A stretch of DNA of 56,490 bases from Candidatus Enterousia sp. (GCA_045536625.1 JAZSNY010000028.1:1-56490), one strand, 5' to 3'. Positions 1 to 9,230 are shown, counted from the first letter of the stretch. Numbers and translations: made by a program. Notes: generated from the sequence alone by a model not told the origin.

Positions 1-81
1 CCCTGGACCAACATTTCACCCATGGAAAAATCCTGGCCCATGCGGACCATAGCTTCGTAGATAGAGCTGTCGCCGTGGGGG
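1..81. repeat. Exact duplicate of 166-246 (second copy of the library insert; artefact)
   Basis: 81 bp identical to 166-246, separated by a sequencing adapter. Confidence 0.95.
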
Positions 82-165
82 AAGTCGGATCGTAGCCATG
101 TCGTTCTGTGGGCCAAGGAGTTGATCATTTGGTTTGTCTTCCTAAGACCGCTTGGCCTCCGACTT
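82..165 (+). other. MGI/BGI DNBSEQ library adapter with 10-nt barcode (contamination)
   Basis: AAGTCGGATCGTAGCCATGTCGTTCTGTG(G)GCCAAGGAGTTG + ATCATTTGGT + TTGTCTTCCTAAGACCGCTTGGCCTCCGACTT matches the MGI adapter pair with one mismatch. Confidence 0.95.
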
Positions 166-491
166 CCCTGGACCAACATTTCACCCATGGAAAAATCCTG
201 GCCCATGCGGACCATAGCTTCGTAGATAGAGCTGTCGCCGTGGGGGTGATATTTACCCATAACATCACCAACGATACGCGCAGACTTAACCGTCGGCTTG
301 GTTGCTGGCGCAACATCGTTCATAACATACAAAATTCGACGATGCACAGGTTTGCACCCGTCGCGCACATCTGGCAACGCACGATCAACAATAACCGACA
401 TTGCGTAATCCAGAAAACTGGTCCGCATTTCATGTTCCAATGATGATGTTGGAACCCGTACTTCATTTACTTCATTGATATTTTCTGACAT
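166..491 (-). CDS. gyrA: DNA gyrase subunit A, 5' part only (cut off by adapter/contig end)
   Basis: Manual translation: MSENINEV...[33 protein letters not shown]...[34 protein letters not shown]. Absent from the ORF track. Confidence 0.9.
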
Positions 492-573
492 ACTGCCTTT
501 CCTATTGTTTTTAACATACAAAACATAGCAGATTTTTGGGCTTTTGGTCAAGAAATAAAGCCCAAAAAATCAT

Positions 574-601
574 TTGACAAAAACTTCATTTAGGATACAA
601 T
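574..601 (+). promoter_or_regulatory. Sigma70-like promoter
   Basis: TTGACA-16 nt-TACAAT upstream of ORF 629. Confidence 0.6.
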
Positions 602-628
602 TACGAGAGTAATAAGAAAAGATAGAAT

Positions 629-814
629 ATGAGTCAGATTAAGCAAGCATTGATAGAAGCCAAGGAAATCACAGACGAATTTCAAAACACACATAGTGAT
701 GATCGCTTTGCAAGGGCACATTATTCGTGTCAATCGTGGATACTGGGCAGAATGATTCGTATAACGAACGCATTGACCCGCACATGTTGTAACACACAGA
801 ACAAGCAAAAATAA
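629..814 (+). CDS. Small hypothetical protein (61 aa)
   Basis: ORF directly downstream of a consensus promoter with a purine-rich leader. Confidence 0.55.
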   Translation: MSQIKQALIEAKEITDEFQNTHSDDRFARAHYSCQSWILGRMIRITNALTRTCCNTQNKQK

Positions 815-827
815 GGAATCAGTAAAA

Positions 828-923
828 ATGTTTTTACCATTTTATAAACTGTTTGCCGCAATATTCACATATTATTTGATTTTGGAAGGCCTGAAAAAAA
901 CAGGTTTGATAAAATCAAAATAA
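828..923 (+). CDS. Putative 31-aa hydrophobic peptide MFLPFYKLFAAIFTYYLILEGLKKTGLIKSK
   Basis: AAGGA RBS at the preceding stop codon; single TM-like segment plus basic tail. Confidence 0.45.
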   Translation: MFLPFYKLFAAIFTYYLILEGLKKTGLIKSK

Positions 924-1060
924 TTTGAATAAAACTGTTGCGTTTTTATAAATCCTGTGATTAAATAGACGCACAAACGGATTTTTCCCAGGGTGTGGAT
1001 GATGCTGCTCGGGCACAGATGGGAACAAAAAAGAAAAAAGAAAAACAAGGGAATTAAGTC

Positions 1061-1213
1061 ATGGCAACAAAACGTACATATCAGCCTTCTAAGACGCGCC
1101 GTATTCGTACACACGGCTTTCGTGCACGTATGGAAACCAAGGGCGGACGCGAAGTATTAAATCGTCGTCGCGCGGCGGGCCGTAAAAGAATTGCGGTATC
1201 GGCAGTTAGATAA
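1061..1213 (+). CDS. rpmH: 50S ribosomal protein L34
   Basis: Manual translation [50 protein letters not shown]. Confidence 0.97.
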   Translation: MATKRTYQPSKTRRIRTHGFRARMETKGGREVLNRRRAAGRKRIAVSAVR

Positions 1214-1214
1214 T

Positions 1215-1240
1215 AAAAAACGCCCAGTTGGGCGTTTTTT
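1215..1240 (+). terminator. Intrinsic terminator after rpmH
   Basis: AAAAAACGCCC-AGTT-GGGCGTTTTTT. Confidence 0.85.
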
Positions 1241-1309
1241 GTTGGATTAAAAAAAACAATCGTCCATGTATTCGGGACGGTTTTATTTTTTATAAAATAT
1301 GTACACAAT

Positions 1310-1339
1310 AAAAATCCCCACGATTGTGGGGATTTTTTT
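1310..1339 (-). terminator. Intrinsic terminator after ppdK
   Basis: AAAAATCCCCAC-GATT-GTGGGGATTTTTTT. Confidence 0.8.
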
Positions 1340-1343
1340 GTTT

Positions 1344-4004
1344 TTAGTTCTTGCGTGGGTATTTAACCGCAGCCTGGGCCGCCGCAAGACGTGCAATTGG
1401 CACGCGGAACGGAGAACAGGATACTGAATTAAATCCAACCTGGTGGAAGAAGGAAATAGATTCCGGATCACCACCATGTTCACCACATACACCCAGATGG
1501 ATTTTGTCGCCCTTGGTCGCACGCGCCTTGGCAACGGCGTCCTTGATCAACAGGCCAACACCCAACTGGTCAACGGATGCAAACGGATCCGCAACATATA
1601 CGCCACGGGCACGATATTCATCCAAGATTTTCGCCGTGTCGTCACGCGACATACCCAATGTTGTCTGGGTCAGGTCGTTTGTTCCAAATTCAAAGAATTC
1701 GCAACTTTCCGCAATTTCATTTGCCAAAACCGCCGCACGTGGTAATTCAATCATAGAACCAACAGTATATTCGACGGATTCGCCCGTTTCTGCAAACAAA
1801 GACTGGGCCGTGGCATCAATAACAGCCTTGACAATATCCACTTCTTTTTTCGAACCAACCAATGGAACTTCGATTTCTGGGAATACGGCGACGCCTGCTT
1901 TCTTGACCTCTAATGCGGCGGACAAGATTGCGCGTGTTTGCATTTCGCAGATTTCCGGATATGTGATTGCCAAACGGCATCCACGATGCCCCAACATTGG
2001 ATTTTGTTCGTGTAATTGTTCTGCACGTGCCTTGATGAATTCAACAGATTTGCCAATGTGCGCGGCCAATTCTTCAATTTCCGCTTCGGTATGTGGCAAG
2101 AATTCATGTAACGGTGGGTCAATCAAACGAATTGTAACCGGCAGACCATCCATAATCTTGAACAATTCTACAAAGTCAGATTTCTGGTATGGCAACAATT
2201 TTGCCAAGGCCGCACGGCGACCCGCTTCGTCTTCGGCCAAAATCATTTCACGCATATCCTGGATACGGGACGGATCAAAGAACATGTGTTCCGTACGCGC
2301 CAAACCGATACCTTCGGCACCAAAGTCACGTGCCTGTTTCGCATCTTTTGGTGTTTCGGCGTTTGCCTTGTCCGTCAATGTTTTGATTTCATCAACCCAT
2401 TTCATCAATGTGCCAAAGTTACCGGTCAATTCAACGGAAACCGTTGGGATTTTGCCTTCGATAATTTGACCCTTGGCACCATCAATAGACACCCAATCAC
2501 CTTCGTTGATAACAACGCCGGATGTTGTTTTCAGTGTCTTGGATTCATAATCAATTTTGATATCAGGTGATCCCGATACGCATGGCGTTCCCATACCACG
2601 CGCCACAACGGCGGCGTGCGATGTCATACCACCACGTGCGGTGATAACACCCTGGGCCGCGTTCATACCCGCGATATCTTCGGGGGATGTTTCGATACGA
2701 ATCAACATTACCTTTTTGCCTTCGGCCGCCCAGCGTTCTGCATCTTCGGCGTTAAACACAGCCTGACCAACGGCCGCACCAGGGGATGCCGGCAGCCCCG
2801 TTGCGATAACTTTCTTTTCTGCCCGTGGGTCCAACATCGGATGCAACAGATGATCCAACTGGTCCGCACCGACGCGCAAAATCGCTTCTTCCTTGGTCAA
2901 CAGTCCTTCTTCGACCATTTCCACCGCCATGCGAACGGCCGCGGCCGCGGTACGTTTACCATTACGGCACTGCAACATCCACAATTTGCCATGTTCGATT
3001 GTGAATTCCATATCCTGCATGTCTTTGTAATGTTTTTCCAATTTTTCACGAACATCACACAATTCTTGGTAAACCGCAGGCATCGCTTCTTCCAAAGACA
3101 GACGACCGGAATCATCCTTGCTCATAGGCTGGGGGGTGCGAATACCCGCCACAACGTCTTCACCCTGGGCGTTAATCAGGTATTCACCATAGTATTTATT
3201 TTCACCAGTTGCAGGATCGCGGCTGAAACATACGCCGGTTGCAGAATCGTCACCGGAATTACCAAACACCATTGCCTGGACGTTAACAGCGGTACCCCAA
3301 TCGGCCGGGATATTGTTCAATTTACGATATGTGATGGCCTTTTTGGACATCCAAGAACCGAATACGGCACCAATACCCATTTCCAACTGTTTCCATGGAT
3401 CCTGGGGGAATACTTTGCCGATTTTAACACCGATTTCTTTGAACTTTTCAACCAAGTCTTTCAAATCATCGGCTGTCAATTCTGTATCCAATTTGTAACC
3501 CTTGTCTTCCTTCATGCGTTCCAGGGTGTGTTCAAACAAATCAATGTCGGCACCCATAACAACTTCGCTGAACATCATGATAAAGCGACGATAGGAATCG
3601 TATGCAAAACGTTCGTTGCCAGAAATTTTTGCCAATGCCTTGACCGTTTCGTCATTTAAACCCAAATTCAAAACAGTGTCCATCATACCCGGCATAGATA
3701 CGCGCGCACCCGAACGTACAGATACCAATAATGGATTTTCCAAATCTGCAAACTTTTTACCCATAATGGATTCAACGTGCGCAATACCGGCGCGAACCTG
3801 ATCCATTAAGTCAGATGGATATGTCTGTCCGTTTTCATAATAATATTTACAAACATCGGTTGTTACCGTAAAGCCCGCAGGAACAGGCAAACCAACCAAG
3901 TTCATTTCGGCCAAATTTGCACCTTTGCCACCCAGCAGATTTCGCATATCTGCCTGACCTTCGGCATGACCATTACCAAAGGTATATACCCATTTGTTGC
4001 TCAT
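1344..4004 (-). CDS. ppdK: Pyruvate, phosphate dikinase
   Basis: LLGGKGANLAEM, SVRSGARVSMPGMMDTVLNLG, GGMTSHAAVVARG (phospho-His), GVCGEHGGDP; start MSNKW at 4004 with AAAGGAGA RBS. Confidence 0.98.
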   Translation of the reverse strand: MSNKWVYTFGNGHAEGQADMRNLLGGKGANLAEMNLVGLPVPAGFTVTTDVCKYYYENGQTYPSDLMDQVRAGIAHVESIMGKKFADLENPLLVSVRSGARVSMPGMMDTVLNLGLNDETVKALAKISGNERFAYDSYRRFIMMFSEVVMGADIDLFEHTLERMKEDKGYKLDTELTADDLKDLVEKFKEIGVKIGKVFPQDPWKQLEMGIGAVFGSWMSKKAITYRKLNNIPADWGTAVNVQAMVFGNSGDDSATGVCFSRDPATGENKYYGEYLINAQGEDVVAGIRTPQPMSKDDSGRLSLEEAMPAVYQELCDVREKLEKHYKDMQDMEFTIEHGKLWMLQCRNGKRTAAAAVRMAVEMVEEGLLTKEEAILRVGADQLDHLLHPMLDPRAEKKVIATGLPASPGAAVGQAVFNAEDAERWAAEGKKVMLIRIETSPEDIAGMNAAQGVITARGGMTSHAAVVARGMGTPCVSGSPDIKIDYESKTLKTTSGVVINEGDWVSIDGAKGQIIEGKIPTVSVELTGNFGTLMKWVDEIKTLTDKANAETPKDAKQARDFGAEGIGLARTEHMFFDPSRIQDMREMILAEDEAGRRAALAKLLPYQKSDFVELFKIMDGLPVTIRLIDPPLHEFLPHTEAEIEELAAHIGKSVEFIKARAEQLHEQNPMLGHRGCRLAITYPEICEMQTRAILSAALEVKKAGVAVFPEIEVPLVGSKKEVDIVKAVIDATAQSLFAETGESVEYTVGSMIELPRAAVLANEIAESCEFFEFGTNDLTQTTLGMSRDDTAKILDEYRARGVYVADPFASVDQLGVGLLIKDAVAKARATKGDKIHLGVCGEHGGDPESISFFHQVGFNSVSCSPFRVPIARLAAAQAAVKYPRKN

Positions 4005-4070
4005 TAGTTCTCCTTTGTGTAGAAATAAAAATGCCAACCGATTGTGGGGCATGAAACATGCAATTGCAAG

Positions 4071-4100
4071 AAAAAAATCGGCACACATGCCGATTTTTTT
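4071..4100 (-). terminator. Intrinsic terminator after the phosphate acyltransferase gene
   Basis: AAAAAAATCGGCA-CACA-TGCCGATTTTTTT. Confidence 0.75.
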
Positions 4101-4992
4101 ACATTGTGCACGCACAGCAAATCGAAAACAACTTGGACAAATCAGAATCAGAACGCGAGTTTAATACAATCGGCGCACGCGCCCCCAGCACCACACCGCC
4201 AAATATCCAATCACCAAATTGTACCATTGCCTTTATAGTATTATTGCCCGCTTCGATATTATCGAACAGCAAAATATCCGCATCACCACGAATTGGACCG
4301 TTGTATCCCTTGGTCATGGCGGCGGATTGTGACACCGCGATATCAAACGATATTGGCCCGGAAATAACACACCCATCAATTTCACCGGACATATTCATTT
4401 TTTGCAATGCGTCCGCATCCACCGTTGCCTGCATCGCAGGATTTAATGTTTCAACCGCACACAGTGGCGCCACGCGCGGACACTTCACCCCCATATGATG
4501 CGCAAATGATACCGCGTTTTTTACCAAACCAATCTTTTTTTCCAAATCAGGATACATCACCATTGCAATATCGGTTAAAAACAGACGGCGCGCACGCGAT
4601 GGGGAATACAATACCGATACATGCGACAATATTCCATCGCCACGAATACCCGTTTCACGATTTAATACGGCACGCAAAATATCCGCGGTATGAATCAGTC
4701 CCTTCATCAAAATATCGGCAGGTCCATCACGCACCAGTGATACCGCCATATTTGCAACCGATAAATCATCGGCACAATCAACAATTTCAAAATCCGATAT
4801 ATCTAATCCCTTTTCCGATGCGGTATTTTTGATTTCCGTGGCATTACCACATAATATAGCGTTTACAAAACCCATTTCATGCGCACGAACGACCGCCCCC
4901 AATGCATTTGGATCGGTTGCCCCCGCCAATGCAATCATGCGTGGCGCATCCGGACGCATGGATAAAATAATTTGTTCAAAATCTGATTTCAT
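4099..4992 (-). CDS. ptb: Phosphate butyryl/acetyltransferase (PTA/PTB family)
   Basis: ADILMKGLIHT, GPISFDIAVS, GDADILLFDNIEAGN, GARAPIVLNSRSD motifs; likely start MKSDF at 4992. Confidence 0.88.
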   Translation of the reverse strand: MKSDFEQIILSMRPDAPRMIALAGATDPNALGAVVRAHEMGFVNAILCGNATEIKNTASEKGLDISDFEIVDCADDLSVANMAVSLVRDGPADILMKGLIHTADILRAVLNRETGIRGDGILSHVSVLYSPSRARRLFLTDIAMVMYPDLEKKIGLVKNAVSFAHHMGVKCPRVAPLCAVETLNPAMQATVDADALQKMNMSGEIDGCVISGPISFDIAVSQSAAMTKGYNGPIRGDADILLFDNIEAGNNTIKAMVQFGDWIFGGVVLGARAPIVLNSRSDSDLSKLFSICCACTM

Positions 4993-5069
4993 ATTTTTAT
5001 TCCCTGCGCGGTATAACATAGGATATTTTTGGTTACATTCGCAACAAAAAATATTCGGTATTAAAAAAT

Positions 5070-5098
5070 TTGAAATTTTAAATTCTTGTGTGTATAAT
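5070..5098 (+). promoter_or_regulatory. Sigma70-like promoter
   Basis: TTGAAA-17 nt-TATAAT. Confidence 0.7.
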
Positions 5099-5103
5099 GC
5101 ATA

Positions 5104-5251
5104 GGCATCGGGAAATCCCGGCGTGGGGCTTAAGCACTCCTTTGAACGCGTTAGAGATAACGTCAAAATCTCCAACCTATGCGGTTGGAGTGTGGTGAAT
5201 ATATTGAATAAACCCGCAATTTCGTTCAAATTGTGCTTAAACTCCAACCGC
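5104..5251 (+). ncRNA. Structured leader resembling the phage c4/CI antisense-RNA plus target architecture
   Basis: Four short hairpins; TTAAGCAC/GTGCTTAA, TTTGAACG/CGTTCAAA and GCGGTTGGAGT/ACTCCAACCGC long-range complementary pairs. Confidence 0.5.
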
Positions 5252-5293
5252 TTTTGATTTTCAATTGCGGTTTAATTTTTATTGGGGGATATT

Positions 5294-5518
5294 ATGACAA
5301 GTCAACAAATGCAATCGCTGTGCGTGCTGAAAGAAAAAATTAGGCAAACAATCGAAAACCGCCCAACCCGTGACCAGGCACTGTATGCGGTTTGCAGCGC
5401 GCGCCAGTTCCTGAAACACGCCATTGATATTTTGGATGATGTTTTCAATCGCGAGAACGAATTCCATTTACATCAGGATATTTATAAAAAAAGAAAAAAC
5501 GAATTGGATAAAATCTAA
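5294..5518 (+). CDS. Small hypothetical protein (74 aa)
   Basis: GGGGGA RBS, ATG at 5294, followed by a terminator hairpin. Confidence 0.6.
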   Translation: MTSQQMQSLCVLKEKIRQTIENRPTRDQALYAVCSARQFLKHAIDILDDVFNRENEFHLHQDIYKKRKNELDKI

Positions 5519-5531
5519 ATATATTTAATAA

Positions 5532-5567
5532 ATGCCATCCCTGTTGTCGCAGGGATGACATCTTTTT
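5532..5567. terminator. Terminator between convergent genes
   Basis: ATGCCATCCCTG-TTGTCG-CAGGGATGACAT followed by CTTTTT. Confidence 0.65.
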
Positions 5568-5570
5568 GAT

Positions 5571-8500
5571 TTAACGCTTCCATTTTGGGCGCCAATGACG
5601 CGCACGTTCAACCAGGAAGAATAATGCAGGGGTCAGGGTAAATGTGAAAATCAAACTGGCCAACATACCACCAATCATAACCGCACCCATGGCGACCTTC
5701 ATACCGTCAACCGACCACAGTTGGGGAACCATACCCGCAACAACGGCGATGGATGTCATAAGAACCATGTTTTTCTTGTCCCGCAATTCCGCCCACAGGG
5801 CCGCAAACGGCTGCTCCCCGGAATTTACACGATTTATGGTTGGTTCCAAAACCAAGATATTATTATTTACCACCAATCCCACCAACATAACAAACGCCAA
5901 CATCGCACCAACGTTCATCGTTGCCCCCGACAGGAACATCATAATGAAGACGCCGGTAAAACTGGTCAAAATGGATGTGGCAATCGTAAATGGGTGCGCC
6001 ATGGAATTTAATATTGCCGCCAATAACATAAATGTCAATATCGTCGCCAACATGAATGCCATGCCGATTTCACTGGCCGATTCCGCCTGGGTATCAGACA
6101 TGCCACCAAATTCCGCATAATATCCCGACGCCCAATCAATTTTATTTAATTCGGATTGAATCTTGGCCTGGACCGGGCCCATTGTTGATTTACCGATATT
6201 GATATCAATTTCGGTATACCTGTTTTTGTTTTCGCGACGAATATCCGGTGTTGCGCGGGCAGTTTTTACCGTACCCAATGCAGACAGCGGAACCATACCC
6301 TTTTGCGAATTAACATAGACATTATCAAACAATGACGTATTTTTAAACGGTTTGGCAAATTCCAAAATGATTGGATACTCTTCGCCGTTTTCTTTGTATT
6401 TATAATCATCATTACCGTAAAGGGCAGTGCGTAATGTGGTACCCGCATAGGAATTTTGTATTCCCCAGAAATTCATCTTTTCTTGGTCGGGAATAAACTG
6501 AGTTTCCATGGCGGGCAACTGTTGGGCACGAACCGCCGATTGAACTTCGGGGATCTGATTTACCATATCAATAATACGCCCCGCGTATTCTTCGCGGATA
6601 GAATCGTCCGGCCCAAAGATGTTTAGTACCAAATCTGACGAAATTCCCGATGACATGGCTTCACCTGCGCGGATTTGAATTTCGGCATCGGCAATATTTG
6701 ATATTGCCGGCAATATTTTCTGTGCCAACATCTTGTCCGATATGTTTCGGTCAGACACATCAACCAATTCAACAGTTATTGTTATATTCTGTAAACCGCG
6801 TTCACCTATTTTTACGGTGGTCGATTTGATTTCTGGAAATGCCGCCAATCCCTGCTCTATCTGTTGGGCGATAGATTCGGACTTTTCAAATGTCGCACCC
6901 ATGGGGGCACGTGCACTGATGGTGATTTCGTTCGCATCGGTCGACGGGGAAAATTCATTACCGACAAACTTCATCAGCATAGTTGATGCAACAAATATCA
7001 CCGCAACCAATCCAACAACGCGCCATGGGTGTGCATATTGAAATTCATACCAACGCTGCATCCCCGTGCGGGTTACGTCACGAACATCCTGTTTTAAATT
7101 ACCGAATGTTTTTGATTGCTTTTTTTTGCCGGTCAGTCGTAAAAAACGCGCAATCATCATTGGGGTTAACGTAAACGAGAACATCAAAGATAACAGTGTT
7201 AAATACACAACGGTTAATCCAAATTGAACCATAAACTGTCCTACAATCCCCCCCATAAATGCCAAGGGCAAGAACACCACAACGTTTGTGCCAACACCGG
7301 CCAACACGGACACAGCGACCTTTTTCGTACCATCGATTGCGGCATCTTCGGGTGTTTTGCCGGCACGCAATTCCTGTAATGCAGATTCAATCAGAATAAT
7401 GGCGTTTGACACCAATGTTCCCAAAGCGGATGAATATGCCAACAATGTCATTGCATTGACGGTAAAGCCCGACCCCTGCATAAAGAAGAAGCCCGCGAAC
7501 AAAGATGCCGGAATAACAACGCCCGCAATAACCGTTGAACGCCAATTGCGTGTAAACACCAACAAAACCAAGACAGTTAACAAAACGCCCAAAATAATGC
7601 CATTGATAGTACTGTCCGTTTCATCAGATACGGCAACAGAAGAATCCGACGCAATTAACATTTGTGCCCCCGGAAAACGGCGTGATAAATCCGACTGTAA
7701 TTCGGGCATCCGTTTACGCAGTTCACGTGAAATATTTATCGAATTGCCATCAGATGATTTTACAACGGACGCAACCACAACCGATTGCCCGTTGTAACGC
7801 GCACCCGTTTCTATATCACGCGCAGCATCCGTAATAGTCGCAATATCAGATAATTTAAATTTGTTGCCTTCTACCGTCGTTAAATACAAATTTGCAATTT
7901 CATCAACAGACGCAAATTCGCCAATAAAACGGACATTTGAAGAATCAACCGTTCTTTCAATTTTTCCACCGGGGACATTCAGATTATGCGCCCCCAAGGC
8001 CGCAACAATATCCATGACGGTAACACCACGGGCGGCCATCTGGTCCGGGTTCAACGCAACACGTATGGCGCGTTCACGACCACCAAAAATGGACACACTG
8101 GCCACGCCACTGATGGCGGTAATTTTGTTAGATAGTTGATTATCTACATATTCTTCCAAATCACGCGCATCGGCACCATGCAACACAATATCAACCACAG
8201 ATTCCTGTAATGGGTTTAACTTTTCAACAACCGGTTGTTCCATATCATCCGGGAATTCAGAAATCAGGGAATCAAGCTTGGTTTTAATCTCGGTCGCTTT
8301 GTCATTAACGTTTACACCCAGATTAAATTCGGCCATAACAAAGGCACTGTTTTCATATGCGTATGACGTAATATTTTTTAATTCGGACACTTCGGAAATT
8401 GCGTCTTCGGCACGCTTGACCACCTGGGATTCGATTTCTTCGGGGGCGGCACCAGGATATACAAATGTCGCCGTCACCATCGGAAAATCAACCGATGGGG

Positions 8501-8603
8501 TTCGTTCAATATTCATCTTGGGGAAAGATACCAACCCCAATACAACCCAAACCAAAACAAACATTAATGTCGTAATTGGACGACGAACAAAAAACTTTAA
8601 CAT
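5571..8603 (-). CDS. RND efflux permease, AcrB/AcrD/AcrF family (proton-relay residues atypical)
   Basis: 1010 aa; FFVRRP N-terminus, YPGAAPEEIESQV, two 1+5 TM repeats with large periplasmic loops. Confidence 0.93.
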   Translation of the reverse strand: MLKFFVRRPITTLMFVLVWVVLGLVSFPKMNIERTPSVDFPMVTATFVYPGAAPEEIESQVVKRAEDAISEVSELKNITSYAYENSAFVMAEFNLGVNVNDKATEIKTKLDSLISEFPDDMEQPVVEKLNPLQESVVDIVLHGADARDLEEYVDNQLSNKITAISGVASVSIFGGRERAIRVALNPDQMAARGVTVMDIVAALGAHNLNVPGGKIERTVDSSNVRFIGEFASVDEIANLYLTTVEGNKFKLSDIATITDAARDIETGARYNGQSVVVASVVKSSDGNSINISRELRKRMPELQSDLSRRFPGAQMLIASDSSVAVSDETDSTINGIILGVLLTVLVLLVFTRNWRSTVIAGVVIPASLFAGFFFMQGSGFTVNAMTLLAYSSALGTLVSNAIILIESALQELRAGKTPEDAAIDGTKKVAVSVLAGVGTNVVVFLPLAFMGGIVGQFMVQFGLTVVYLTLLSLMFSFTLTPMMIARFLRLTGKKKQSKTFGNLKQDVRDVTRTGMQRWYEFQYAHPWRVVGLVAVIFVASTMLMKFVGNEFSPSTDANEITISARAPMGATFEKSESIAQQIEQGLAAFPEIKSTTVKIGERGLQNITITVELVDVSDRNISDKMLAQKILPAISNIADAEIQIRAGEAMSSGISSDLVLNIFGPDDSIREEYAGRIIDMVNQIPEVQSAVRAQQLPAMETQFIPDQEKMNFWGIQNSYAGTTLRTALYGNDDYKYKENGEEYPIILEFAKPFKNTSLFDNVYVNSQKGMVPLSALGTVKTARATPDIRRENKNRYTEIDINIGKSTMGPVQAKIQSELNKIDWASGYYAEFGGMSDTQAESASEIGMAFMLATILTFMLLAAILNSMAHPFTIATSILTSFTGVFIMMFLSGATMNVGAMLAFVMLVGLVVNNNILVLEPTINRVNSGEQPFAALWAELRDKKNMVLMTSIAVVAGMVPQLWSVDGMKVAMGAVMIGGMLASLIFTFTLTPALFFLVERARHWRPKWKR

Positions 8604-8606
8604 TGA

Positions 8607-9230
8607 TTATATCCCCTTTGAATTGTCTTGAATAGAAACCTTGTCACCGGCATTTACGGTGGATAATATCACAATATCCCCGGTTTCCAATCCCGATGTA
8701 ACATATGCTGTATCAGAATCCGTACGTGCAACAGTTACCACACGTGGCGTAGCAACACCATCAAGTACCACAAAAACAATATCATCATGTATGGCATATA
8801 ATGGCACAAAAAAACCATCTGCCGAAAATTCTGCGTAATGCAAACCATCCGGGACATCGCGCGTTTTAACAACAAACATCCCCGTATCCAAATCCAAACC
8901 ATTGGACACAGATACAATACGACCATCACCAACACGCTGACCCGCACGTAATTTTTCAGCACGTGCACCCGTTACATATGCACGATTATTCTTGACCGCC
9001 AGGGGTTCATACAACACGCCCATTTTTCTGTCCATTTCCAAAACCTGGACCGGGGTACCAACATCGGCCGCAACACGCGACGCATTAAAAACATAACGTG
9101 CATTTTCAGATGCAACCGCGCCAAAACGAAACACAACCCAACCAACCAACAGCACAGCAATTGCCGCATGCATAATATGCTTGAAGCGTTTACTGTTTAT
9201 AGTTTCATATACTTTTTCCATTTTATTCAC
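8607..9230 (-). CDS. Short periplasmic adaptor (MFP-like) subunit
   Basis: N-terminal TM; GRIVSVSNGLDLDTGMFVV, FVPLYAI and VTSGLETGDIVI motifs; lies between TolC and the RND gene. Confidence 0.75.
   Translation of the reverse strand: MNKMEKVYETINSKRFKHIMHAAIAVLLVGWVVFRFGAVASENARYVFNASRVAADVGTPVQVLEMDRKMGVLYEPLAVKNNRAYVTGARAEKLRAGQRVGDGRIVSVSNGLDLDTGMFVVKTRDVPDGLHYAEFSADGFFVPLYAIHDDIVFVVLDGVATPRVVTVARTDSDTAYVTSGLETGDIVILSTVNAGDKVSIQDNSKGI

Noticed and set aside
1-246. 81-bp direct repeat read as a CRISPR, att site or gyrA duplication
   Set aside because: The intervening sequence is the MGI sequencing adapter
994-1002. TGTGGATGA DnaA-box-like word near rpmH (possible oriC)
   Set aside because: Single imperfect box, with no dnaA and no box cluster
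1351-3659. Long plus-strand ORFs (372 and 347 aa)
   Set aside because: Antisense shadows of ppdK with no motifs or RBS; the same applies to the other overlapping ORFs in the track
4993-5247. 85-aa N-terminal extension of ptb in the ORF track
   Set aside because: Runs antisense through a promoter and structured RNA; homology starts near MKSDF
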